DNA of 64,000 bases from Octopus bimaculoides (Eukaryota): positions 42,942,540 through 43,006,539 of the forward strand of contig NC_068981.1 of assembly GCF_001194135.2 (NCBI RefSeq), read 5' to 3'. Of this stretch, positions 54,035-64,000 are shown in pieces. Numbering within the stretch: position 1 is the stretch's first letter; each line of letters starts with the position of its first letter. The position numbers and the translations under genes are program-made. The notes below the pieces were generated by a model. That model did not search any database. It was not told the DNA's origin and worked only from the letters and a program-made list of their open reading frames with translations.

Positions 54035-54810
54035 TGCATTTGCAATCCAGGAACAGGAGATTGCCACAAATTACCTGGTAAACAAGAGACACTGTGACAC
54101 TCTTGTAATCCCAAGGTGCAACTGCATGTGTAGGCTATGTCATGTTTCTGTGGAAGACATCACCCATGTGAGTAGCAGCTGTCCTAAATTGTCATCATGG
54201 TACTACCTCCCTATGTGGCACAATGTTGTTGCTAAAACAATTTACAATGCCATCCGCAAGAAAGACTGTCCTGAAATAAATTTAGAAAATCCCTCCCTTA
54301 TGGAATACATTCATAAACACTCGCTCAAGGAATACTGATGGGATATTACCATAAAAACTTCTGTCAAATGTAAACATAACAGGCTGGATATTGTCATTTG
54401 GGACAGAGGGGAAGAGGTATGCCCCATCATAGAGGTCAGCTGCCCTGCAGATATAAATATCTCTTTGAAAATCAAAGAAAAAGAGGATACCTATGGACAA
54501 CTGCTTCAAAAACTCCAGCTTCTATATCCAGACTATGAATTCATATTCATACCAATAATAATTGGAACACTAGGTTTTGTTAGTAAATGCTTAACGCAGA
54601 ATCTGAATAAACTGGGATTTTCAGAAAGAGAAATCGACCAGCTAATTCATACATTATAAGTGTAATCTGTGAGTGGAATAGTAAAAATACGCAAGACTTT
54701 GCTCAAGTTCCAAATGTGAATTTGTCTATGTTAACTACATCCCAAAGATGGAACCTTGTCTCTTTGTTAGAAACTGGCTCCTTCTTCAGTTGAAGAATTA
54801 TAATAATCAA
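54035..54810 (+). mobile_element. Dong/R4-clade LINE 3' end: CCHC knuckle plus RLE domain
   Basis: FAIQEQEIATNYL...CRLCHVSVEDITHVSSSCPKL...WDITIKTSVKCKHNRLDIVIWD...IEVSCPAD...KEKEDTYGQL...IPIIIGTLG; the 5' truncation point lies in (CATA)n. Confidence 0.9.
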
Positions 54811-54999
54811 AAAATAGAAGAGACATACATGCATAAATATATATAGGGAGACATGGGACAAAGTATTAAAGGGCAATCTCAAAATGGTGAGCATGAGGAA
54901 GGTGATGACAAAGGACTGAGGTCTGTGCTGCACTGCAGTACTTAAGAAGGCCCACCCATCACAAAAGAAATAATATCTTCAAACTAAGGCGCCATACAA

Positions 55000-55450
55000 A
55001 AAGCATTGGTGATTGTGCCATATAAAAAGCACCCAGTATATGCTGCTGTAGAAAGCAAGTGTGAAACAGACAATGGAACCTGGTGCGGCCCTCTGGCCTT
55101 GCCAATTCCTGTCAAGTCATCTAACCCATGCTGGCATGAAAAACAAATGTTAAATGATGATGATGATGATGACGTTGATGACGATGATGACGACGACGAC
55201 GGTGACGCCGCCGCCACTGCCGCCACCACCGCCACCACCACCNNNNNNNNNNNNNNNNNNNNNNNNNNNNNNNNNNNNNNNNNNNNNNNNNNNNNNNNNN
55301 NNNNNNNNNNNNNNNNNNNNNNNNNNNNNNNNNNNNNNNNNNNNNNNNNNNNNNNGCCGTTGCCGTTGCCGCTTCCGCCGTTGCTGCTTCCGCCATCGCC
55401 GCTTCTGCTGCCGCCACCGCTTCTGCTGCCACCGCCGCCGCCGCCGATGA
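55000..55450 (+). repeat. RTE tail grading from (GAT)n into GAC/GCC/ACC repeats around a gap
   Basis: CCCATGCTGGCATGAAAAACAAATGTTAAAT(GAT)n(GAC)n(GCC/ACC)n; N at 55243-55354. Confidence 0.8.
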
Positions 55451-55834
55451 TGATATATGCCTACAGGCATTGCCCATGTTATGATAACTTCAGGTCTAGA
55501 AATTGTAAGGTATGACCACACTAATTTCAGGATAGAGTCTATAATTTCCCCCATGCATTAACTTGAATAAATTTTAAGAATTTAAAAACTACTTTCTTCT
55601 TAGCAAAAAGCTGAATTCTCTGCCTCTTAGTTTAAATCAAACTACATAACGATATGAAAACCTATAATCACGATATATATATACACGCACACAAACACTT
55701 AGACACATCACATACATACACACGTATATACATGCATATTCACATATACACACGTATATACATACATATTCGCACATACACACAATATATATGTACACAC
55801 ACACACACAAATATACATATATGTATGTATATGG

Positions 55835-56060
55835 TGGTTGTCTAATCTTTATGCAGAGTCTGACCATTTCTTGTACCTACACCTTAGATGTATCAATGCG
55901 TCTGATGTAGCTTTTTAAACTAGACAGTGTTTTGTAAAAACACCCACATAGATTGCATATCTGATTTGGATCACCAAGAGCTAAAGTTAAGTTCTGACCT
56001 TTGTGGATCTTACAATGTCTTTTGAGACCTCTGTTAGCTTTGCAGACCTTATACTCATGG
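55835..56060 (-). mobile_element. LINE 3' fragment encoding C2H2-like zinc-finger remnants (probably RTE-type)
   Basis: KVCKANRGLKRHCKIH...ICNLCGCFYKTLSSLKSYIR*, then a short UTR ending ACAACCACCATATACAT. Confidence 0.6.
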
Positions 56061-56268
56061 GCCCAGTTTCCCGGTTTCAATGGCCTATGTGTCCCCCAGA
56101 TGGACGGGATGCCAGTCCGTCACAGCGTTACTCATTTTTGCCAGCTGAGTGGACTGGAGCAACGTGAAATGAAGTGTTTTGCTCAAGAACACAACGCGTC
56201 GCCCGGTCCAGGAATCAAAACCACAATCTTACGATCATGGTGCTGACAGAGTAACCGCTAGGCCCCCC
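56060..56268 (-). mobile_element. tRNA-headed SINE with CORE-like domain (fourth family)
   Basis: Reverse complement GGCCTAGCGGTTA...GGTTTTGATTCC...TTGTGTTCTTGAGCAAAACACTT...CCACTCAGCTGGCAAAAATGAGT...GACGGACTGGCATCCCGTCC. Confidence 0.65.
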
Positions 56269-56289
56269 CCCCCACATATATATATATGA

Positions 56290-57380
56290 AGGGCTTCTTT
56301 CAGTTTCTGTCTACCAAACCCACTCCCAAGGCTTTGGTTGGTCTCAGGTTATAGTAGAAGACACTTGCTCAAGGTGCCACACAGTGGGACTGAACCTGGA
56401 ACCATGTGGTTGGAAAGCAAGCTTCTTACCACAGAGCCACTCCTGTGCCTGTAGATTTTTATAAACACATTTCTCCCATAATATGGATGATTTCTATACT
56501 GCCCACCCACACATGCATGCCCTCGTGCACACATGCACACACACATGCATGTAACTGTGTATCAATGGACATTAAATGATGATGATAATATATACATTAT
56601 TGTATTCGATTTCCTTTACTTGTTTCAGTCATTAGACTGGCCATGCTGGGGAAGCACCTTGAGGAATTGTAGCCCAATGAATAGATGCCCTCCACCTTTT
56701 TTTTTTCGATCTTGTTATGGTCCCTTTTTATTAGGGCTATAAGCACACTGACACTAGTTATCAAGTGGTGGTGGGAGACAAGCACACACACACACACATA
56801 TACATGACATTTTCTTTCAGTTTCCAACTAACAAATCTGCTCATGAGGCTTTGGTCAGCCCAAGGCTATAATGGAAAACACTTGTCCAAGGTGGCACACA
56901 GTGGGACTGAACATGAGACCTTGTATTTGGGAAGCAATTACCAGACAGCCATACCTTAGTGGTATATTAGCAGTAATTTGCTTTGGGACTACAACATACT
57001 AAAGAAAATTCGTATATTCTTTTATTCTTTTCTGTGTTTCAGTCATTTGACTGTGGCCATGCTGGAGCACCACCTTTACTTGAAGAAACCGACCCCATGA
57101 CTTACTCATTGTAAGCCTTGTACTTATTCTATCGGTCTCTTTTACTGAACTGCTAAATTACAGGGACATAAACACACTGACGTCAGTTGTCGAGCAACGG
57201 TGAGAGGAGAAACACAAACACACAAACACACACACACACACACATACGATGGGCTTCTTACAGTTTCCATCTATCAAATTCACTCACAAGGCTTTGGTCA
57301 AAGTGCCATGCAGTGGGACTGAACCCAAAACGATATGTTTGGGAAGCAAGCTTCTTACCTCACAGCCACTCCTGTGCATA
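56290..57380 (-). mobile_element. Cluster of three family A SINEs (56290-56450 head only; 56590-56950; 57015-57380)
   Basis: Repeated GGCTTCTTTCAGTTTC...CAGTGGGACTGAAC...CACAGCCACTCCTG blocks, all on the same strand. Confidence 0.85.
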
Positions 57381-57814
57381 TCTACAGAATTATTAAGCAG
57401 ATCTGTATATTCTGACGGAGGTAAACTTTATGTCTACATATACAATGTGTTCATAAACAGTAAAAGAAAGAACAGCATTATATGCATATCTGAATTCTGT
57501 CAGCAAGCGTGCGCCTTCCTTAACTAACCATGTGTCCACTACTTATAAACAAACAGAAATTAGTGGCTAAATCAAACTGGATAGACCAATTTGTACATTT
57601 AACACTCTCTTGGCAGCTAGTTTGAATATTAAATTACTGGTGAGTTAACACTTTCGTTTCATTGCTATAATTGTACTGGAGCAGTGTTGAAATATTCATA
57701 CACAGCTCATTCTTAGTTTTCTGTCCAAGAACACAATGTGTATACAAATGTAACGTTGACATTCATTGGGACATAGTGTTGGCAAAAACTTCTATATATA
57801 TGTTCTGTAGTGCA

Positions 57815-58009
57815 TTACACACACACACACACACACAAGCACTCACACATACACACACACACACACACATACACAAACATACATGCATGCATTCACCAAT
57901 GCATTTCTTTCTCTCTTTCTCTCTTTCTCTCTCTGTCTACACATACACACACACACACACAAACATGCATGCATTCACCAATGCATTTCTTTCTCTCTTT
58001 CTCTCTCTG

Positions 58010-58059
<50 letters not shown>

Positions 58060-58240
58060 TGAACAGAAACATACAAGCATGCGTTCATCAATGTATTTCT
58101 CTCTCTCTCTCTCTCTCCACACACACACATACACAGCAATCTTGCTTCTTATGTCCTGACTTCCCACAGTCTCTTTCTCTCCACACACACACACACGCAC
58201 ACACACACACACAACCACACACAAACACACACATAAACAT
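57815..58240. repeat. Compound (CA)n/(CT)n minisatellite with ~90-bp higher-order unit
   Basis: ACATGCATGCATTCACCAATGCATTTCTTTCTCTCT...(CA)n occurs twice, plus a third diverged copy. Confidence 0.85.
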
Positions 58241-58519
58241 GATGGCTGCAAACTTGTGTTCAAGTATTTCCAATACCTGATGGAAAGTCCCACACATGTA
58301 AAGGTTATGACCAGCTATTTTTGTGATAGGTCTTAATGTTTTTTTTTTCAAGTGATGCCTGTACATAATGATTTCTTTTATAGTGGGAAAAGGATTTTCA
58401 CAAATTCAAGCCCACTCTCTGAACATGGGCAACATAAACTCAGAAAGAACTATGTGGACCAAGCTATCTTGTGCATTGCTGTACTGAAGAAGACCTATCT
58501 GCCACAGCAGAATTGATTT

Positions 58520-58990
58520 CAGTGTTGGTGTCACATAAAAAGTACTTGTACTGGGGCCACATTAAAAGCACGCAGTACATTCTGTGGAGTGGTTGGCATT
58601 AGGAAGGGCATCCAGTCATAGAAACCATGCTAGAACAATGAAGCCTGGTGTGGCCCCTGATCCTAACAGCTCTGATCAAACCATTCAACCCATACCAGCA
58701 TGGAACACAGATGTCAAATACTGCTGATGATGTATGTATGTAGGCTTTTGCAGAGTTTCTTACTTCTTTACTACCCACAAGGGGCTACACACAGAAGGTA
58801 CAAACAAGGACAGACAAACAGATCAAGTTGGTTATATCGACCCCAGTGCATAACTGATACTTATTTAATTGACCCCGAAAAGATGAAAGGCAAAGTTGAC
58901 CTTGGCGGAATATGAACTCAGAACGTAGCAGCAGACGAAATACCGCTAAGCATTTCGCCCGACATGCTAACGTTTCTGCCAGCTCACCAC
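58520..58990. mobile_element. RTE tail (+, 58520-58730) tail-to-tail with a family C SINE (-, 58750-58990)
   Basis: GGTTGGCATTAGGAAGGGCATCC tail, then TACTACCCACAAGGGGCT...ATCGACCCCAG...TTCTGCCAGCTCACC. Confidence 0.8.
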
Positions 58991-59489
58991 CATGCTTTTG
59001 CAGAGTTTCTGTCTCCTAAATTCCAAGCTGTGAAGTAGGATCAAATCTTGAACCATATGGTTGCATAGCAAATTTCTTAACCATTCAGTCATATTTGAGA
59101 CTATATCGTAGGTAACACAAATCAATACTTAGACAATAGTAACTCTAACTCTATTAAAAATATATAGCAATGTTACAAACACCCATAAAAATTGAGCTAT
59201 ATATTAGAGAGAAAGAGAGACATCACGAAATACAAACAGGAAGGTCCAAAGAAATGAACTTTGACATAAACCTCATTAATTGAAGTGCAATCTATACTTC
59301 TATTTGGTGAACTTGGTGGGAGAAGGATAAAAAGTATCTCTTGTCACTAATGACACATACTTTTAATGATGGATAGTGTTTACACTATCAATATTGACAA
59401 GCAATATAATTCCACCCATATACCAAATGGAAAAATAATCTTCACTTTGCTGTGTTCGAGAAAATATGTGAAGCTAAGTGAAATCGTAG

Positions 59490-59770
59490 TTGTGGTCAGT
59501 GGCGGTGACCCATAAAAGGCAACTGTGCCAGTGACAAGTAAAAGACACCTAGCACATTCTGTAGAGTGGTCAGCATTAGGAAGGACATGCAACAGTAAAA
59601 ACAAAACCAAAACAGATGACTGGAGCCCTGGTGTAGCTCTTCAGCTTATCAGTTCTGGTCAAACTGTCTAACCCATGCCAGCATGGAAAATCGATGTGAA
59701 ATGGCAATGATGAAGATGATGATGATGATGATGATGACGATGATGATGATGACGATGATGATGATTTAAC
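59490..59770 (+). mobile_element. RTE 3' tail with long (GAT)n
   Basis: CAGCATTAGGAAGGAC...CCCATGCCAGCATGGAAAATCGATGTGAAAT(GAT)n. Confidence 0.8.
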
Positions 59771-59959
59771 CAACCATCACTGGTTGAAAACTCAACTTTA
59801 AAACCGAGAAAAATTTTTAAGGAAGTATGATGATATATATTTTTAGATTACACTTTCAGCACAATACTCCATTTTATCTTCAGAGAAGAGTGATCATAAA
59901 CCAAGCATTTAACTGTTACCATAACAAAAGTCTCATACATTATGATGAATGTATATGAT

Positions 59960-60370
59960 GCAGTTGTGGAAACTTGGGTCAATGTCTCAAGTGTCTTCTA
60001 CTTTTGCTCTGGGCTAGCTAAAGCCTTGTGAGTAGATATGCTGGGTGGAAAAATGAAAGACACCAGCACGTGTGTACATGTGTGTGTTTATGTAAATATG
60101 CATGTGTGAGTGTGTGTATGTTTGTGTCACCTTGCCTTGATATCGTGTAGTAGTTGTAAATGAATGTCACTGTCATACAAGCAGGGTCATTTATTTCCAA
60201 TATGCTGCAAAATCATATCTGGCCATGGAGAAATTTTACCTTATTTGGAAACAGGAGAAGGTAGGTAACAGGGTGGACATAAAAAAAAATCTGCCTCGGT
60301 AAGCATCATCAGACCCATGCAAGCCTGGAAAAGTGGACATGAAAATGATGATGATGATGATGATGATATA
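59960..60370 (+). mobile_element. SINE: degenerate family A head with alternative tail
   Basis: AAAGCCTTGTGAGTAG...CCTTGCCTTGATATC...TTGGAAACAGGAG...CATGAAAAT(GAT)n. Confidence 0.7.
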
Positions 60371-60679
60371 GAAAATATTAATAAAGATACAGCTTTTGTT
60401 TTAAAATACTTTTCTTTAATTGAAAACACAAGATGCATACAATATAATTGGTGGATATGAATGCACAACAATTTAGCAACGGCACCATTGGCAATGCAAA
60501 TAAGGGAAATAATGTCTATAGAGCATTTTAAGAACTCTTTGGGAAAATAGGAAAAAAATTTCACCTGGAAGTTAATCTAAAACGACTGTTTTTGTGGGAA
60601 AGAAAGAGATAAGATTTAAAAAAAAAAAAGTTCAACAAGTAAACTAAATTTTATTGTTGCTGTTGTTATTATGTTTATT

Positions 60680-60710
<31 letters not shown>

Positions 60711-61125
60711 TTTTCTGCAATCAAGATTAATGAAAAAATTTGTTTTTGCTTGAAGCATGAATTAATTTTAGCACTTTCTTGAATTATTTAACTCCAAACA
60801 GACATCGATAAAAAAAAATAATGTATCCAAATTTAAACAAAACATTGACGAAGTATAAAGGCATCGAGGTTGACGTATAAAAGTAGGTTGATTTTAAAAA
60901 TGTGAATAAAGAACAATTATTACTACTGATGTCACATGATGTATAAATGTTTGGGTACATACTAAGCTTAGGATTCAATACTGTCAAAATGTTTTTGAAA
61001 ACAGTTTCCAAAATACAAGATAAAAAAAAAAAAAATTGAAAGCGAAAGTGAGACAAAGTCAAGAAAAATGAGGATTTACATTTAAAATTCTAACAAAAAA
61101 AAAAGTCTGTTTGGTAGTTACTCAC

Positions 61126-61140
61126 CAATAACACTTCCAT
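61126..61140 (-). CDS. Candidate first coding exon (MEVLL, phase 0)
   Basis: A-rich leader then AATAATGGAAGTGTTATTG|GTGAGT; A at -3, G at +4, consensus donor. Confidence 0.2.
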
Positions 61141-61874
61141 TATTTATTTTTCTGTCTAGATTCTGTTAGTTTTTGTTTTTGTTTTTGCTTTTTACTTTTA
61201 AATAAATCTAGCAGTTTTTCAGTTAGCTTTAACTTGGCTACTTTTATTATTTCGTTTTTTTACCTTTCTAAGAGTTTTGTAAGTTCACTATTAGTAAAGT
61301 GCTATATTGCTTATAATTCTTTAAAGAGTTTATAATTCCATAGTTAGATTCAATAGTACATACATATATAAAAGGACATTTTTGTCAGAGGAAGCTAAGT
61401 GTTGAACTAATTATTATTTTTATTTTTTACGAGATAATCAGAAGAAGAGGAGGAGCAGTGTCGATGACCTTTAACATTCAGTATTTACAAAGTTCAAATC
61501 TCTCCAGGATCCATATGGATTTTCCTTTCTAGATGAAATAATCTAAGTATTTATTATTGCACATTAGCCACTCGTTAGTCTTAACTGAGCAGACTTATGA
61601 TCAGAGTCCTTCCAATCATAATTCTGTCATTTAGGGTTATTTTATGTTTTTCTTTTAAATTGTGGCTGGTGATTAATGATTTGTCTGCTATTTCTTGCAT
61701 CTCAGACAACCATATAGACACTCTTTTATTTGCACGAGTCAATTAGCAACTACTGTTCATTGAAAATATTGGCCTCATACTTGGAGTAAAATGATATTAA
61801 TTAAAATATAACAAAGAGCCTCTCTCTCCAAGTGAAAGGCAGATCGTGTGATTCTTGTGTATGAACAGCTATGT

Positions 61875-62520
61875 TACATGGTGGTCAAATAGGGACTGCA
61901 ATTGCATAGGGCATGCAAAGGCTTGGAAAAAACAAAGCCAGCATGTTTTGCTGGATGTGCAATGTCTGTGTATGTATGGCAAAATGTAAATGTGTTGAGA
62001 GAAACATTGAGTATAAGAGGCATCAGATGTAGTGTGCAAGAGAGAAAACTGCACTGGTGTATGGTCATGTGATGCATATAGATGCATATAGACATCAGCA
62101 TAAAGAAGAGCTGATCTCCAAATGTGATGGAAAATGTCCCTCTATTCATACTCCAGTCTATCAACAGGCACAAAGCCACCTTCCTCGATACTATTCCTTA
62201 CTTCAGCTGTGGGGTCATGTAAATTATTTGGTGACTTCATTGCTGCTGGTGCCATGTGAAAAGAAGCTAGCACACTCTGTAATGAGTGGAGGGGCATCCA
62301 ACAGTAGAAACTATGTCAAAGCAGAGAGTGGGGCTTGGTGCAGTCCTCCGGCTTGCTAGCTCCTGTCAAACCATCTAACCCATGTCAGCATGGAAAACAT
62401 ACATTAAATGGTGATGATGACGACGACGACGACGACGTCGACAGTGGTGGTGACGGCGATGGTGACGGCGACGATGACGACGACAACAACGAAGATGACG
62501 ACGGTGGAGTAACATAAAAC
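61875..62520 (+). mobile_element. Degraded RTE LINE 3' fragment and tail
   Basis: MQRLGKNKASMFCWMCNV...LRETLSIRGIRCSVQER...YGHVMH, homologous to 3752-4116; tail ends in GAT/GAC/GGT repeats. Confidence 0.75.
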
Positions 62521-62859
62521 AAAACTGAGGCTTTTAGTTAGCAAACCATGAACTAATTTGTTTTCTGCAGGAAACTCATTTCATTTACATCAACTAATCT
62601 ATCTTCTGGATAGAAAAAGACAGAGTATTACAATTTTGAAACAATGCAGATAACTGAAATATTGATTAAAATTAAATAAATTTAAGTTAATGTTTCATTA
62701 ATTTCAACAGATATAAACGGCATATGTTTTATTTCAGTTTCAAAGTTCTTTCCGTGTCTCTATTTTGTATAATTTCTCTAAGGAGGAGCAGTATGGTCTC
62801 ACACACATACACACACACACACATAATGGTACACACATACACAACTATATATGTAGCTA

Positions 62860-63306
62860 GGTGTTGGTAATAACATGTGGTAAGAAGTTTGCTTTTCAAC
62901 CACTTGGTTCCAGATTCAGTTCCACTGACGCTTTGGGCGAGTATCTTCTGCTGTAACCCTGAGCTGACCAAAACTGTAAAGTTAGTAGACAGAAACTGAA
63001 AGAAGCCTGTCATGTACATATGTGTGTGTGTAAGTGTGTGCATGTGTATGTGTGTGAGTGTGTATGAGTGTGTGTCAGTGCATGTGTGAGTGTGAATGTG
63101 TGTGTGGGTGTGTGTGTATGTATGTGAGTGTGTGTGTGTGAATGTGTGTATGAGTGTGTGTGTACGTGTGTGTGTTTGTAAGTGTGTGTGTGTATGTATG
63201 TGAGTGTGTGTGTATGTATGTGAGTGTGTGTGCGTGCGAGTGTTTGTGAGTGTGTGTGTGTGTATGTTTGTGAATGTGAGTGTGTTTCTGTGTGTGTGTA
63301 AGTGTG

Positions 63307-63383
<77 letters not shown>

Positions 63384-63630
63384 GTCTCCTTATCTTGACA
63401 TTACATCATTGTTCCAAATGAATGCTGCTATCATACAAGTCATGTCTTTTGTTTATGTCCTGTGAAACATGTTTGGTTATGAGAAAATAATACTTTCTTT
63501 GGAAACAGTGGAAGGTTGGCAACATGAATGACATTCAGTGTAGAAAATTCACCTCAACAAAATTCCATCCAACCCATGCCAACATGGAATAGTGGATGTT
63601 AAAAGATGATGATGATGATGATGATGTATG
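62860..63630 (+). mobile_element. SINE: family A head, ~370-bp (TG)n expansion, alternative tail
   Basis: GTGGTAAGAAGTTTGC head, TG tract 63010-63380, CTCCTTATCTTGACATTAC...CATGCCAACATGG...(GAT)n tail. Confidence 0.8.
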
Positions 63631-63699
63631 TATGTATGTATGTATGTGTGTGTGTGTATGTATGTATGTGAGTATATATATATAAATATATAAATATTG

Positions 63700-64000
63700 A
63701 TATTTCGAAGTCTCTCTAAAGGAGACTATGGCAGTGGTATTGGATATTAATAGTTATCACCAAGTTAACATGGCAGTCCAGAAAAATAGGACGAATGCTG
63801 CCGTTGATTAGCTCCGAGAGCCCATCGCCTCTAGCTAGCTATGTGACACATGAACCTGTGTCCATTATAACCTTCGAACAGGGGAGGTCAGCCGCTTCTC
63901 CTTGCTGGTCTGGCATCTACAGACTAGTTTCAGGGTATTTGGCCCTTATCAATGTAGAACAGTTGAACCCAGTAGGCGTCGCTACTGACCGTCTGTACGA
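63700..64000 (-). mobile_element. Young-looking non-coding unit carrying a hammerhead motif; probable Penelope-like pseudo-LTR or retrozyme-like repeat, truncated by the window end
   Basis: Visibly more GC- and CpG-rich than its flanks, no long ORF, abuts a (TA)n tract, and contains the hammerhead fold. Element class is inferred from the known association of minimal hammerheads with Penelope-like elements. Confidence 0.5.
63916..63958 (-). ncRNA. Minimal type I hammerhead ribozyme motif (U3-A8 variant)
   Basis: Minus strand reads UCUACA-UUGAUAA-GGGCCAAAUACCCU-GAAACUAGUC-UGUAGA. Stem I is UCUACA/UGUAGA (6 bp). Stem II is GGG/CCU. GAAA core, stem III palindrome ACUAGU and GUC cleavage triplet are all in place. 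Confidence 0.7.

Noticed and set aside
57671-58366. His/Thr-rich or Cys/Val-rich proteins
   Set aside because: Translations of (CA)n/(TG)n microsatellites. The same applies to ORFs at 3116-3635, 21505-21877, 22534-23265, 46331-47040, 55006-55554 and 63204-63465.

Overview
AT-rich, repeat-dense eukaryotic DNA with four assembly gaps (N runs near 7120, 12312, 22921 and 55243). The SINE families, the RTE and Dong/R4 LINE load and the extreme microsatellite density suggest a cephalopod, probably Octopus; this is an inference from recalled repeat families, not a database match. No host protein-coding gene can be confidently named. Nearly all ORFs in the track are transposon fossils or microsatellite artefacts. 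Supported content: (1) two Chapaev3-like (CMC) transposase relics; (2) a Hsmar1-like mariner fused to a maT/Bmmar1-like (DD37D) element, plus a second maT copy; (3) a Buster/Charlie-like hAT pseudogene; (4) Dong/R4-type, RTE-type and CR1/L2-type LINE fragments; (5) a probable Penelope-like relic with an inverted terminal repeat; (6) dozens of tRNA-headed SINEs with interchangeable tails. The most notable signal is a minimal type I hammerhead ribozyme fold at 63916-63958 (- strand), with a U3-A8 core variant and a palindromic stem III, in a young-looking unit cut off by the window end. Other points worth checking are a variable-copy ~66-bp hairpin array in the RTE 3' region, a ~165-bp foldback, and a weak chain of minus-strand exon candidates that might encode a membrane protein.
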